Source: Candidatus Tayloriibacteriota bacterium
GTDB taxonomy: Bacteria; Patescibacteriota; Minisyncoccia; Phycocordibacterales; HO2-43-120
Length of the DNA: 59,139 nucleotides
Direction of reading: 5' to 3'
Assembly: GCA_039934295.1 (NCBI GenBank)
Contig: JBDTMN010000006.1
Coordinates: 1 to 59,139, forward strand
The stretch's first letter is position 1. Every line of letters begins with the position of its first letter. The translations under genes were made by a program, and so were the position numbers. The notes beneath the pieces are model-generated. The model saw only the letters and a program-made list of their open reading frames with translations. It had not been told where the DNA came from and did not search any database. Shown one piece after another: positions 16,262-25,118 of this stretch.

Positions 16262-16396
16262 AATTCAATTTTTTTCAAAGCCATATTTACAGTACTCCTG
16301 CTTTTCTCACTAGTCAATTTCCTATCTCCCAACCTTTCTTTGGAAATTAGAAATTAGTAATTGGAAATTTCTTTTAGTATCTGTTATACTTTATGC

Positions 16397-17029
16397 ATGA
16401 TTATCACGTATCTCGGAGCGGAGTTTTTCAAAGTGCAATTCGGCGAGACCGTGATTGCCTTCAATCCTATTTCGAAGGAATCTAAATTTAAGCAATCGCG
16501 TTTTGGAGCAGACGTAGCCCTCGTCTCATTGAACGACAAAGATTTTAATGGCTTCGAGACGCTCGGATTCGGCGAAAAAAAACCTTTTGAAATTAGCGGC
16601 CCGGGCGAGTATGAAATCAAAGGAATTTTCATAAAAGGATTCAAGTCGGTGTCACACTATGGCGGAAGCAAAGGCAAAATCAATACGATTTATCTTCTCT
16701 CACTCGATGGAATCAGTTTATGCTTTCTTGGGGCGCTTGGGGGAGAGATTGACAAAGAAACGATGGAGAGTCTTGATGACATCGATATTCTTTTTACGCC
16801 CATCGGGGGGCAGGGAACGCTCGAGCCGAGCGCTTCGTATAAAATTGCCGTCAATTTGGAACCTAAGATTATCATTCCAATGCTCTATGATGAGAAAGGC
16901 GATGTCTTAAAGAAATTTCTGAAAGAAGGTGGAGAGGAGAAAGCGGAGCCACAGGACAAACTTACGATAAAGAAGAAAGATTTGGAGGGAAAGGAAGGGG
17001 AGATAGTGGTGCTTGCGCCGCAAGCATAA
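16397..17029 (+). CDS. MBL-fold metal-dependent hydrolase (UPF0173-like)
   Basis: The MIITYLGAEFFKVQFGETVIAFNP start and overall layout resemble Lactamase_B_3 proteins. Internal ATG at 16397 preferred. Confidence 0.65.
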   Translation: MIITYLGAEFFKVQFGETVIAFNPISKESKFKQSRFGADVALVSLNDKDFNGFETLGFGEKKPFEISGPGEYEIKGIFIKGFKSVSHYGGSKGKINTIYLLSLDGISLCFLGALGGEIDKETMESLDDIDILFTPIGGQGTLEPSASYKIAVNLEPKIIIPMLYDEKGDVLKKFLKEGGEEKAEPQDKLTIKKKDLEGKEGEIVVLAPQA

Positions 17030-17056
17030 GAGCCCAATAATTGAATAACTGAATTT

Positions 17057-17302
17057 ATGTCTACCCTGATAGAAAATTTAAAAGCGAAGCCGAAGAAAAC
17101 GCGAAAAAGAATTGCTCTTGGGCTTTCGAGTCTGATAACCTTTGCAATATTTCTTTTCTGGATGGCAGCTTTGCCCTCCCGCGTTTCGCAAAGTTCTTAT
17201 GCGGATGTGACGCCTTTTAAGAATTTACAGAGTAATGTGGCGGGTGTTGTCGGCGCTTTTCAGGACAGCTTCAAGGATTTAGGTGGCAAAACGCAAGATT
17301 AA
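17057..17302 (+). CDS. Small membrane-anchored protein, hypothetical
   Basis: ORF of 81 aa with one TM segment (LGLSSLITFAIFLFWMAAL). Confidence 0.4.
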   Translation: MSTLIENLKAKPKKTRKRIALGLSSLITFAIFLFWMAALPSRVSQSSYADVTPFKNLQSNVAGVVGAFQDSFKDLGGKTQD

Positions 17303-17425
17303 ACATACCAATATACGAATGAAGAAATATACTAATGGATACTAATAATTAAAGAAACTCTCTTCATTTCTCATTCGTTTTCATTTGTATATCGGTGTCA
17401 ATTAGTATATTAGTATATTCAAAAA

Positions 17426-19894
17426 ATGAAAGACAAACAAAAAACAAAAGACGCAGAACCGCTACTCCCGCGCCAGAGCATCATCTCTCGGAGCATCACC
17501 GCCGAGATGCGTGAGTCCTACCTCGACTATGCCATGTCGGTCATCACCTCGCGGGCGCTTCCCGATGTTCGAGACGGATTGAAACCTGTGCATAGGCGCA
17601 TCTTGTTTGCCATGCACGAAAAAGGCCTCACTGCTTCGGCAAAATTTCGAAAATCAGCCGTGGTGGTCGGAGACGTTCTCGGTAACTACCATCCTCACGG
17701 AGACGTGTCGGTATATGACGCGATGGTAAAGATGGCACAGGACTTTGCTATGAGATACCCTCTTGTGTCTGGTCAAGGAAATTTTGGTAATGTCGACGGG
17801 GACTCTGCAGCTGCCATGCGATATACGGAAGCGAAAATGTCAAAAATTGCGAGCGAGCTCCTGAGGGATATCGAAAAAGAAACGGTAGAATGGAGAAGTA
17901 ACTACGACAACACTCGAAAAGAGCCTACGGTGCTTCCGGCGGCAGTGCCCAATCTGCTTTTAAACGGCACTCTCGGTATTGCTGTCGGAATGGCAACCAA
18001 CATTCCACCGCACAACTTGGGCGAAGTGGTGGACGCGACCTTAGCTTTGATTGAGGACAAAGACGCTACTCTGGAAGACCTTCTTCAACATGTGAAAGGT
18101 CCTGATTTTCCGACAGGAGGCATTATTTATGGACAGAAAGATATTCATCATGCGTACGCGAATGGCCGGGGCGGAGTAGTGGTAAGAGGCGAAGCTGAAA
18201 TTGTCGAAAATTCGGGCAGTTCCTCCTCAATAATTATCACCTCGATTCCGTACCGTGTGAACAAAGCCGACCTCATCATGCACATTGCGGACTTGGTTCG
18301 GGAGAAAAAAATCGAGGGCATAAAGGGGCTCCGCGACGAGTCGACTGCCGACATGCGGATTGTCATTGACCTTAAAAACGGAGCGTATCCCCAGAACGTG
18401 CTGAACTACCTCTACGAACATTCTCAACTCGAAGAAACATTTCATTTCAACGTGGTGGCATTGGTCGCGGGCGTTCCTCAAACCCTTTCTCTGAAATCGA
18501 TTCTTGAAGAATTTATTATCCATCGGGAAGTGGTGGTGCGTAAGCGGACTGAATTTGATTTGAAAAAAGCTCTGGAGCGGGAGCATATTCTTCTCGGGCT
18601 TAAGAAAGCTCTCGACCACATTGACAGAATCGTAAAGTTGATACGTGCGGCAAAAGATGTGCAGGAAGCTCATGCAGATTTGAAAAAAGAATTCAAATTC
18701 TCGGACATTCAGGCGACGGCTATTCTCGAAATGCGTCTTCAGAAGCTCGCCGGCCTTGAGCGCAAAAAAATCGAGGATGAACTTATGGTAACGCAGGCCC
18801 TCATCGGGTCTTTGAAAGAGTTGCTTGGCTCCGTGAAGAAAATCCGCGAAGTGATAGCTCGCGAGCTCAAAGAAATAAAAGAAAAATATTCGGACGACAG
18901 GAAGACCAAGGTGATAAAATCAAGTCCAAAAGATTTTTCACCCGAAGACGTTATTCCCGACACCGAGTCCGTGCTCGTGCTAACCGCGGGAGGCTATATC
19001 AAAAGGACAGAGCCAACCGAGTACAAAAGGCAGAAGCGCGGAGGCGTGGGGGTGGTGGACCTCGACACGAAGGAAGAGGATTTTGTCACTCATTTTCTGA
19101 CAACGAATACCCACAGCGACCTACTTTTTTTCACCGACAAAGGCAAGGCGTATCAGATAAAAATGTATGATATTCCCGAAGGCAAGCGCGCCACAAAAGG
19201 GAAATCAATAATGAATTTTCTTTCACTTACCGCGGAAGAGAAAATCACCTCCATCCTGCCCATGCCAAAAGAGGTCAAGAAATCGGGCCTCTCACTTCTC
19301 ATGCTCACCAAGGGAGGTATCGGCAAAAAAGTGCTTGGGGAGAGTTTTTACGATGTCCGCCGTTCGGGACTTATCGCAATCGGTCTATCAGACGGGGATG
19401 AACTTAAGTCGGTAAATTTTGTGGAAAAAGGCGACGACGCAATTGTGGCGACTTCGCTCGGTCAGTCAATCAGGTTCAAAGAATCCGATATTCGGGTAAT
19501 GGGAAGAGGAGCTGGCGGAGTCCGCGCCATCAAGCTTAAAAAAGGGGATTCTCTCATCGGAGCCGATGTCATAAAGAAAGACTACAAAGAACCCGCGTTT
19601 CTTGTTATTTCCGAAAATGGATATGGAAAGAAAACCGATTTGTCCGAATACAAGACGCAAAATCGAGGAGGTTCGGGAATTAAAACGGCGAAAGTGACCG
19701 CAAAAACCGGTAAGCTCATCAGCTCAAAAGTGGTGGTGCCCAACGAGACCGAAGAGCTGGTGGCGATATCAAAAAAGAGTCAGGTCATCCGCGTCGCCAT
19801 TCACGAAGTGCCTCTTCTCGGGCGTCAGACGCAAGGCGTTCGAATCATGAAGCTCCGCGAAGGCGACAATCTGGCAAGCGCAGTCAGCTTGTAA
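17426..19894 (+). CDS. gyrA: DNA gyrase subunit A
   Basis: Length 822 aa. [16 protein letters not shown], active-site AAMRYTE, and C-terminal beta-pinwheel repeats. Confidence 0.98.
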   Translation: MKDKQKTKDAEPLLPRQSIISRSITAEMRESYLDYAMSVITSRALPDVRDGLKPVHRRILFAMHEKGLTASAKFRKSAVVVGDVLGNYHPHGDVSVYDAMVKMAQDFAMRYPLVSGQGNFGNVDGDSAAAMRYTEAKMSKIASELLRDIEKETVEWRSNYDNTRKEPTVLPAAVPNLLLNGTLGIAVGMATNIPPHNLGEVVDATLALIEDKDATLEDLLQHVKGPDFPTGGIIYGQKDIHHAYANGRGGVVVRGEAEIVENSGSSSSIIITSIPYRVNKADLIMHIADLVREKKIEGIKGLRDESTADMRIVIDLKNGAYPQNVLNYLYEHSQLEETFHFNVVALVAGVPQTLSLKSILEEFIIHREVVVRKRTEFDLKKALEREHILLGLKKALDHIDRIVKLIRAAKDVQEAHADLKKEFKFSDIQATAILEMRLQKLAGLERKKIEDELMVTQALIGSLKELLGSVKKIREVIARELKEIKEKYSDDRKTKVIKSSPKDFSPEDVIPDTESVLVLTAGGYIKRTEPTEYKRQKRGGVGVVDLDTKEEDFVTHFLTTNTHSDLLFFTDKGKAYQIKMYDIPEGKRATKGKSIMNFLSLTAEEKITSILPMPKEVKKSGLSLLMLTKGGIGKKVLGESFYDVRRSGLIAIGLSDGDELKSVNFVEKGDDAIVATSLGQSIRFKESDIRVMGRGAGGVRAIKLKKGDSLIGADVIKKDYKEPAFLVISENGYGKKTDLSEYKTQNRGGSGIKTAKVTAKTGKLISSKVVVPNETEELVAISKKSQVIRVAIHEVPLLGRQTQGVRIMKLREGDNLASAVSL

Positions 19895-19928
19895 GCTTTT
19901 AGCTACTAGCTTTTAGCTATTAGCTTTT
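19894..19928. repeat. AGCT-heptad array (T-rich form) fused to the gyrA stop codon
   Basis: agctttt agctact agctttt agctatt agctttt. The stop TAA (19892-19894) overlaps the first unit. TATAAT follows at 19930-19935. Confidence 0.9.
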
Positions 19929-19960
19929 CTATAATACAGATGAACAAATTAATTTCTTAA

Positions 19961-19995
19961 AGCTAGAACCTAACAGCTAACAGCTTCAAGCTACC
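19961..19995. repeat. AGCT-heptad array (A-rich form) ending 1 nt before the start codon at 19997
   Basis: agctaga acctaac agctaac agcttca agctacc. Confidence 0.9.
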
Positions 19996-19996
19996 C

Positions 19997-20524
19997 ATGT
20001 TCTCCGACCCCAAACACAACATTGAGCAATTAAATCTCGACCCGGGGATGGTTGTTGCAGACGTGGGCTCGGGCTCCGGCCATTATTCGCTGGAGGCCGC
20101 AAAAATTGTGGGCGATAAGGGAAAGGTATACGCCATTGACGTGCAAAAGGATTTGCTCGCGAGGCTCAAGTCGCACGCGGTAGCGGAGCACCTCCATAAT
20201 ATTGAAGTCATTTGGGGCAACGCGGAAAAGCCGGGCGGGACTCGAGTCAAGGACGCATTTGTCGATTTTGTATTCGTGTCAAATATTTTGTTTCAGGTTG
20301 AGGACAAGAAAACATTTGCCAAGGAAATCAAGCGGATTGTGAAGACGAACGGAAGAGTGCTGGTGGTTGACTGGGCGGATTCTTTTGGAGGCATGGGTCC
20401 GCAAAGGGAACACGTTGTCACGGAAGCGAAAGCCAAGGAACTCTTTCTGTCCGAAGGTTTGGCGTTTGAGCGAGGCATACAAGCCGGCGCGCACCACTAC
20501 GGCCTCGTTTTCCGAAAACTGTAA
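19997..20524 (+). CDS. Class I SAM-dependent methyltransferase
   Basis: Motif I VADVGSGSGHYS. Length 175 aa. Confidence 0.85.
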   Translation: MFSDPKHNIEQLNLDPGMVVADVGSGSGHYSLEAAKIVGDKGKVYAIDVQKDLLARLKSHAVAEHLHNIEVIWGNAEKPGGTRVKDAFVDFVFVSNILFQVEDKKTFAKEIKRIVKTNGRVLVVDWADSFGGMGPQREHVVTEAKAKELFLSEGLAFERGIQAGAHHYGLVFRKL

Positions 20525-20533
20525 CGCGGAAGA

Positions 20534-20624
20534 ATGTAACATGTAGCGTGTAACGCACGACGTCTGAAAATGCAATTTTCTTTTTCCTTTTACGTTACAA
20601 GTTACACGCTACACGTTACACATT
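20534..20624. repeat. Inverted pair of heptad arrays (ATGTAAC / GTTACAC family) forming a long hairpin
   Basis: atgtaac atgtagc gtgtaac gcacgac at 20534-20561, and ttacgtt acaagtt acacgct acacgtt acacatt at 20590-20624. GTAGCGTGTAACG is complementary to CGTTACACGCTAC. Confidence 0.8.
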
Positions 20625-20701
20625 CAAACAAGCTATACGTTTTTAATGTGAATGCGTTATAATAAGAAGGAATAAATAATAGTAACCACTTCTCAATCCC
20701 G

Positions 20702-22003
20702 ATGGGTACCAAAACAAACACATTTCAAATTGTTCTCATCGGAGTTTTCGCGGCGTGCATCGTGATTGGAGTGATTGTGTTTTCTAAAGTTCGGGGCACG
20801 TCCGGTGTCGTTTTTTCACCCGTAACAATCTGGGGCACCATATCAAAGGAAGCCTTTGATAGTGTATATTCTGAAGTCAATCAGGCGAGAACAAAGAAGG
20901 AAGGAGCACTCAATGTAACGTACGTGCAAAAGGGCGAAGACAGTTTTGACCATGACTTCATAGAGGCGTTGGCCTCCGGAGTCGGTCCCGACGCCATCAT
21001 TTTGGACCAGGGTATGTTGTTGAGGCATAAGGACAAAATTTTTCCTATTCCGTTTGAGAACTTTTCGCTCCGCGACTTCAAAGACGACTACATAGATGAA
21101 TCCGAGCTCTTTGTGGACGACACGGGCATACTCGGACTCCCTTTCTTTATCGACCCGATGGTGATGTACTGGAACAGGGACACATTTGGCGGGAATGCGC
21201 TCGCTTCGCCTCCGCGACTGTGGACCGAATTTTTTGGATTGACGGAAAAACTTACGGAGAAGGACAGGAACAACAACATTTTGAGAAGCGCGGTCGCCTT
21301 CGGCGAATTTGTCAATGTGACAAACGCAAAAGATATTCTCTCCATGCTCTTTCTGCAGGCAGGCAATCCCATAACAAAAATAGATAATGGCAAGTTAAAA
21401 AGCTCTCTCAATAGTTCCACGTTTCTTTCCTCCGCCTCCGAGTCGGTGCTGACTTTTTATACAGAATTTTCCAATCCGTCAAAAGTATCTTATTCTTGGA
21501 ATCGTTCGATGCCCGAATCGAAGAAGCTGTTTCTTGCAGGGGATTTAGCGCTCTACTTCGGGTTTGGAAGTGAGCTATCCGACCTGCGCGCGAAAAATCC
21601 CAACCTCAACTTTGACGTTGCTCCCGTGCCACAACCGAAGGATGCGAAGATTAAGGTAACGTTTGGAAGGATGTACGCGTTTGCAGTATTAAAATCCGCA
21701 AAAGATATTGCGGGAACATTTGGCTCTGTCTACGCTCTCGCTGACAAAAAGTTCCTTGTCCCTTGGGTTGCCAGAGAGAATGTTGCTCCGCCCCGACGCG
21801 ATATGTTGAGCGAGAACCCGGGAAACGCGGATCTTAAAGTTTTTTACGATTCAGCCATAATGTCTCGGGGCTGGCTTGACCCGAATGTGGCGGAAACGTC
21901 GTTAATTTTCAAAGATTTAGTCGAGTCAATTTCATCCGGCAAGCTTCGAATTTCCGAAGCCATTTCTCGCGCGTCGCAGAATCTGGATAGTTTGATAGAG
22001 TGA
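20702..22003 (+). CDS. Membrane-anchored extracellular solute-binding protein (ABC transporter family 1-like)
   Basis: Length 433 aa with an N-terminal TM anchor. The layout and blocks such as GLPFFIDPMVMYWNRDTF resemble SBP_bac_1. No partner permease or ATPase gene lies adjacent. Confidence 0.6.
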   Translation: MGTKTNTFQIVLIGVFAACIVIGVIVFSKVRGTSGVVFSPVTIWGTISKEAFDSVYSEVNQARTKKEGALNVTYVQKGEDSFDHDFIEALASGVGPDAIILDQGMLLRHKDKIFPIPFENFSLRDFKDDYIDESELFVDDTGILGLPFFIDPMVMYWNRDTFGGNALASPPRLWTEFFGLTEKLTEKDRNNNILRSAVAFGEFVNVTNAKDILSMLFLQAGNPITKIDNGKLKSSLNSSTFLSSASESVLTFYTEFSNPSKVSYSWNRSMPESKKLFLAGDLALYFGFGSELSDLRAKNPNLNFDVAPVPQPKDAKIKVTFGRMYAFAVLKSAKDIAGTFGSVYALADKKFLVPWVARENVAPPRRDMLSENPGNADLKVFYDSAIMSRGWLDPNVAETSLIFKDLVESISSGKLRISEAISRASQNLDSLIE

Positions 22004-22123
22004 CGCAAAATACCGAGTGCATCGAGTATATTTTGCGTCATCCCCGCGGTGGTGGGATCTAGGAAAAATACCGAGCACAGCGACTACGTTTTATGTCATC
22101 CCCGCGGAGGCGGGGATCCAGAC
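22001..22123. repeat. Two tandem ~60 nt copies of a GTCATCCCCGCGG...GGGATC hairpin element
   Basis: AAAATACCGAG..GTCATCCCCGCGGTGGTGGGATCTAG (22007-22063) and AAAATACCGAG..GTCATCCCCGCGGAGGCGGGGATCCAG (22064-22123). The upstream hairpin is TGACGCAAAATA...TATTTTGCGTCA. Confidence 0.75.
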
Positions 22124-22136
22124 TAAAAAAATCAAA

Positions 22137-22583
22137 ATGCAACAAGTAAAAAAAACAGAAAATAGTATGTATAAGAAAATGATTTTTCTCTTTGCTTTCG
22201 GGATTTTCTTTTTATCTCCGTTGTCCCTTGCCCATGCCCAATTTGACCCCAATGTTGTTTGTTTTATGGGAGGTGACTCAAAATGTCTGATTCCTTGCGA
22301 CGGTGTCACTAAGGAATGCACTTTCGACTCCTTTGTTCAGCTCGTTCAAAACCTCATCAACTATCTCATCCTGCTTTCAATTCCTCTCTGCGCCATCGCT
22401 TTTGCCTGGGCGGGATTCCTCATAGTCACTTCAGGAGGGTCAGAAGAAAGGGTAACTCAAGGTAAGGCGATTTTCGGCAAAGTGCTCTGGGGATTTCTCT
22501 TCGTTCTCGGCGCGTGGCTTATCGTGTATACTATTACTACAGGTTTATTGCTCAATTCTTCTGATTATACGTTGTTAAAATAG
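22137..22583 (+). CDS. T4SS-pilin-like (TrbC/VirB2-type) small secreted membrane protein, paralog 1
   Basis: Signal peptide, Cys-containing mature N-terminus, then two TM helices around the loop VTSGGSEERVTQGKA. I prefer the start at 22137 (or 22167), because the track start translates the repeat element. Confidence 0.6.
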   Translation: MQQVKKTENSMYKKMIFLFAFGIFFLSPLSLAHAQFDPNVVCFMGGDSKCLIPCDGVTKECTFDSFVQLVQNLINYLILLSIPLCAIAFAWAGFLIVTSGGSEERVTQGKAIFGKVLWGFLFVLGAWLIVYTITTGLLLNSSDYTLLK

Positions 22584-22587
22584 CTTT

Positions 22588-23073
22588 ATGAGGAAAACTT
22601 TTAAAAAATTGATATCGACAGGTTTAATAGTCGTCTCTATCTTTGCCTTTACTTCTGTTGCTTCCGCTCTTCCACCGTCAAATACTTCGGGGGGAAATTT
22701 TCCTTCTAACACGTCGGGGAGTAATACTCCTTCTAACACTTCAGGAAGCTCAGATTGCAACGGTCTCACTACTGGGACGGGCATTTCCAATCCGCTTAAA
22801 GGAGGCTGTAGTCTTTATAATCTCATCGAACTCGTAATAAATAACGTTGTTCTACCGATAGGTGGGGTGATTGTCGTTTTCTTCATTATTTATTCTGGGT
22901 ATCTCTTGGTCGTTTCAGCTGGAAACGAAGAGAAGGTGAGTAAAGCCAAAAAAGCCATTACGTACACTCTCATCGGCGCGGCAATTCTTCTTGGGTCTTG
23001 GGTGATTTCGACCGCCATCAAAAATACAATCGAGCAAATTACCGTCACACCACAGGCAATCCCCAACAGATAA
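22588..23073 (+). CDS. T4SS-pilin-like small membrane protein, paralog 2
   Basis: Signal peptide, PSNTSG repeats, and two TM helices around VSAGNEEKVSKAKKA. Confidence 0.6.
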   Translation: MRKTFKKLISTGLIVVSIFAFTSVASALPPSNTSGGNFPSNTSGSNTPSNTSGSSDCNGLTTGTGISNPLKGGCSLYNLIELVINNVVLPIGGVIVVFFIIYSGYLLVVSAGNEEKVSKAKKAITYTLIGAAILLGSWVISTAIKNTIEQITVTPQAIPNR

Positions 23074-23079
23074 CTAAAT

Positions 23080-23152
23080 CAGATTCTGTCATCCCCGTGT
23101 AGACGGGTATCTCGATTAACCCTAGATTCTCGCTTTCACTAGAATGACACGT
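23080..23152. mobile_element. MITE-like hairpin element (TGTCAT...ATGACA family)
   Basis: TCTGTCATCCCCGTGTAGACGGGTATC ... AGATTCTCGCTTTCACTAGAATGACA. Confidence 0.6.
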
Positions 23153-23160
23153 TCACTTCA

Positions 23161-23577
23161 ATGACAAAAACAATCCTTAAAAAATCAGCCGTACTCCTCA
23201 TGCTTCTTTTCTTTGTAGGTTCCTCGGTTTTGCCTTTTACCGCTGAAGCACAATGGGGAAGGTATTTGGGAGCCACATGTCCTAAGCCACCTAATAACTT
23301 CAAAGATTTCGTCTGCATTTCGATGGAGATTATTTCTCTCACAACGGTCTTTGCCGCTTCAAGCGCATTTCTGGCTTTCATTTGGGGATTGTCAAAGTTT
23401 ATTTACGCTTCAGGCAATGAGGAAAAAGTGGCTGATGGGAAAATGATTATGAAATGGGGACTCATCGGATTGTTTTTTATGGTATCAATCTGGGGGGTCC
23501 TGTTTGCACTTACCACCGGCTTAGGTCTCGATTACGGTATACCCCTCCTGCCCCAAACCAATTTTATCAATTATTAG
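23161..23577 (+). CDS. T4SS-pilin-like small membrane protein, paralog 3
   Basis: Signal peptide ending AEAQ, and two TM helices around YASGNEEKVADGKM. Confidence 0.6.
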   Translation: MTKTILKKSAVLLMLLFFVGSSVLPFTAEAQWGRYLGATCPKPPNNFKDFVCISMEIISLTTVFAASSAFLAFIWGLSKFIYASGNEEKVADGKMIMKWGLIGLFFMVSIWGVLFALTTGLGLDYGIPLLPQTNFINY

Positions 23578-23584
23578 TGATTCC

Positions 23585-23650
23585 TTGTCATTCACGCGAA
23601 GGCGGGAATCTAGGTTGATCTGGATCCTCGCATTCGCGAGGATGACAGAA
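23585..23650. mobile_element. MITE-like hairpin element (TGTCAT...ATGACA family), most complete copy
   Basis: TTGTCATTCACGCGAAGGCGGGAATCTAG-gttgat-CTGGATCCTCGCATTCGCGAGGATGACAGAA. Each arm is itself a hairpin. Confidence 0.7.
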
Positions 23651-23662
23651 TAGGAATTTTGT

Positions 23663-23690
23663 CACTTTTACTTTCCACTTTACACTTGCC
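23663..23690. repeat. Degenerate CACTTTA-type heptad array upstream of the start at 23694
   Basis: cacttttactttccactttacacttgcc. Confidence 0.55.
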
Positions 23691-23693
23691 TCC

Positions 23694-23990
23694 ATGCACT
23701 TAAACTCCATTCAAGACGTCATCCAGCTTTTCATTGATTTTAATTTGAAGCTGTTGCTCCCAATAGCTTTTTCTCTCGGCCTTCTTTATTTCATGTGGAG
23801 AGGGTTAGTATACATTTTTCATTCAGACTCGGAGGAGAGCAAATCGGAAGGGCGGAGAATTCTCACCTGGGGGGTGATATCACTTTTTCTCATGGTGTCG
23901 GTCTGGGGAATCATAAAACTTTTTCAATCTGATATTTTTGGAATCCCCCCACCTTCAGAGGTTATCTTCTTTGAGCATTCCGGTCAATGA
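23694..23990 (+). CDS. T4SS-pilin-like small membrane protein, paralog 4 (no obvious signal peptide)
   Basis: Two TM helices around the loop HSDSEESKSEGRR. Same architecture as the three upstream paralogs. Confidence 0.5.
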   Translation: MHLNSIQDVIQLFIDFNLKLLLPIAFSLGLLYFMWRGLVYIFHSDSEESKSEGRRILTWGVISLFLMVSVWGIIKLFQSDIFGIPPPSEVIFFEHSGQ

Positions 23991-24066
23991 AGTTTGGCTT
24001 TTCGAAAAGAAAAAAGGCGAGAGGAGGATATTATCCAACTCTCGCCCGCCCTTAAAGGGCTGTTTG

Positions 24067-25095
24067 TCACCACACTCGGGTGAGCTCGATGACTACCTTC
24101 GCGGGTCTTGTGGGATCCGCAGAAGTGAATTTTAACCAGTCGTTCGTCCCAAAAGGTCCTAGTCGACCTGGGGTCCGATATACGACTGGATTGTCGAATG
24201 ACTTTCCCGTAACCATGACACAACCTTCTTCCAGTTGGATGTCTTGGTTTGCGCGGTAGGCGGGCATGTTTACCCACGCTACCTGATCTGCCGATGTGAG
24301 GGTAAAGACGTTTGCTCCCTCCCTCACTTCGAAACGATTCATTCCGGGGTTGAGTAGTCGCTCGCCCCGTTGAATCGGTGTGCTCGGAGCCGTCTGAGTC
24401 GCTGTCGTCGAACTCGCTGTTCGAGACGCCCATGACCCGACTGCCTTCGTCGCGGATTTCGCTCCGCTAACGATGTTCGTCACCGCACTTGCGGTGTTTG
24501 ACGCGACCCAATTCACTCCTCGTTCATCCGCAGTTACCTTTGGATTGTAGAACGAGACGAGGTTGACGAACGCAACGACGAGGGCAAGAACAAACAGAGG
24601 AGTTCCAATCCACTTGTTCTTCACCTGGTACAGTCCCAGTAGAACTAGGAACAGCAGTACCAGAAGAAACAATGGCAATGCACTTGGATTATTTCGCACT
24701 GGGACGATGCTCAGGAACAAGGAGGCTAGTGTCTGCCACAGCAGAACTCCTATCGCCAAGTTGGCATACAGGTCCCGCGACCTTGTAGCTGTTTGTCCTT
24801 CCGTCAACGTCTCTTTCTTCCTCATGAAGTGGACCGCGGGTATCCCCACAGGACTTAACAGGATGAAGAACCGGACGAAGTAGAATGCGCTCCATAGCCC
24901 CGCGCAAGCATTGATCCATAGCCATCCCTGTCCCGCCGTTGTGGCAAAGACGATGAATGGGATTGGAAGAAAGACTGCGAAGAAGAACTGTCTCCAGACG
25001 CCGTCTGCGTAACCGACTACTACTCTGGAAACGGGTTTTGCAACAAGTTTCCCAATTCTGTGACCGAGGAACACTAATCTCAATATTTTTTTCAT
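24067..25095 (-). CDS. Multi-pass membrane protein with C-terminal soluble domain, hypothetical (GC-rich)
   Basis: I prefer the ATG at 25095 (MKKILRLVF), which is preceded by a GAAAGG SD-like box. This also removes the overlap with the upstream gene. No family recognised. Confidence 0.55.
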   Translation of the reverse strand: MKKILRLVFLGHRIGKLVAKPVSRVVVGYADGVWRQFFFAVFLPIPFIVFATTAGQGWLWINACAGLWSAFYFVRFFILLSPVGIPAVHFMRKKETLTEGQTATRSRDLYANLAIGVLLWQTLASLFLSIVPVRNNPSALPLFLLVLLFLVLLGLYQVKNKWIGTPLFVLALVVAFVNLVSFYNPKVTADERGVNWVASNTASAVTNIVSGAKSATKAVGSWASRTASSTTATQTAPSTPIQRGERLLNPGMNRFEVREGANVFTLTSADQVAWVNMPAYRANQDIQLEEGCVMVTGKSFDNPVVYRTPGRLGPFGTNDWLKFTSADPTRPAKVVIELTRVW

Positions 25096-25118
25096 ACTTA
25101 CCTTTCGTTTTTCGAAGT

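Noticed and set aside
17303-17425. Octamer-like repeats (ATTAGTAT x2) and partial inverted repeats upstream of gyrA.
   Set aside because: Only two units are present, with a period of 8 rather than 7. That is not enough to class them with the heptad arrays.
22017-22136. N-terminal 40 aa of track ORF 22017..22583 (..SSPRWWDLGK..VIPAEAGIQ..).
   Set aside because: This part is a translation of the tandem GTCATCCCCGCGG hairpin repeats. The signal peptide of the pilin-like protein starts at the internal ATGs (22137 or 22167).
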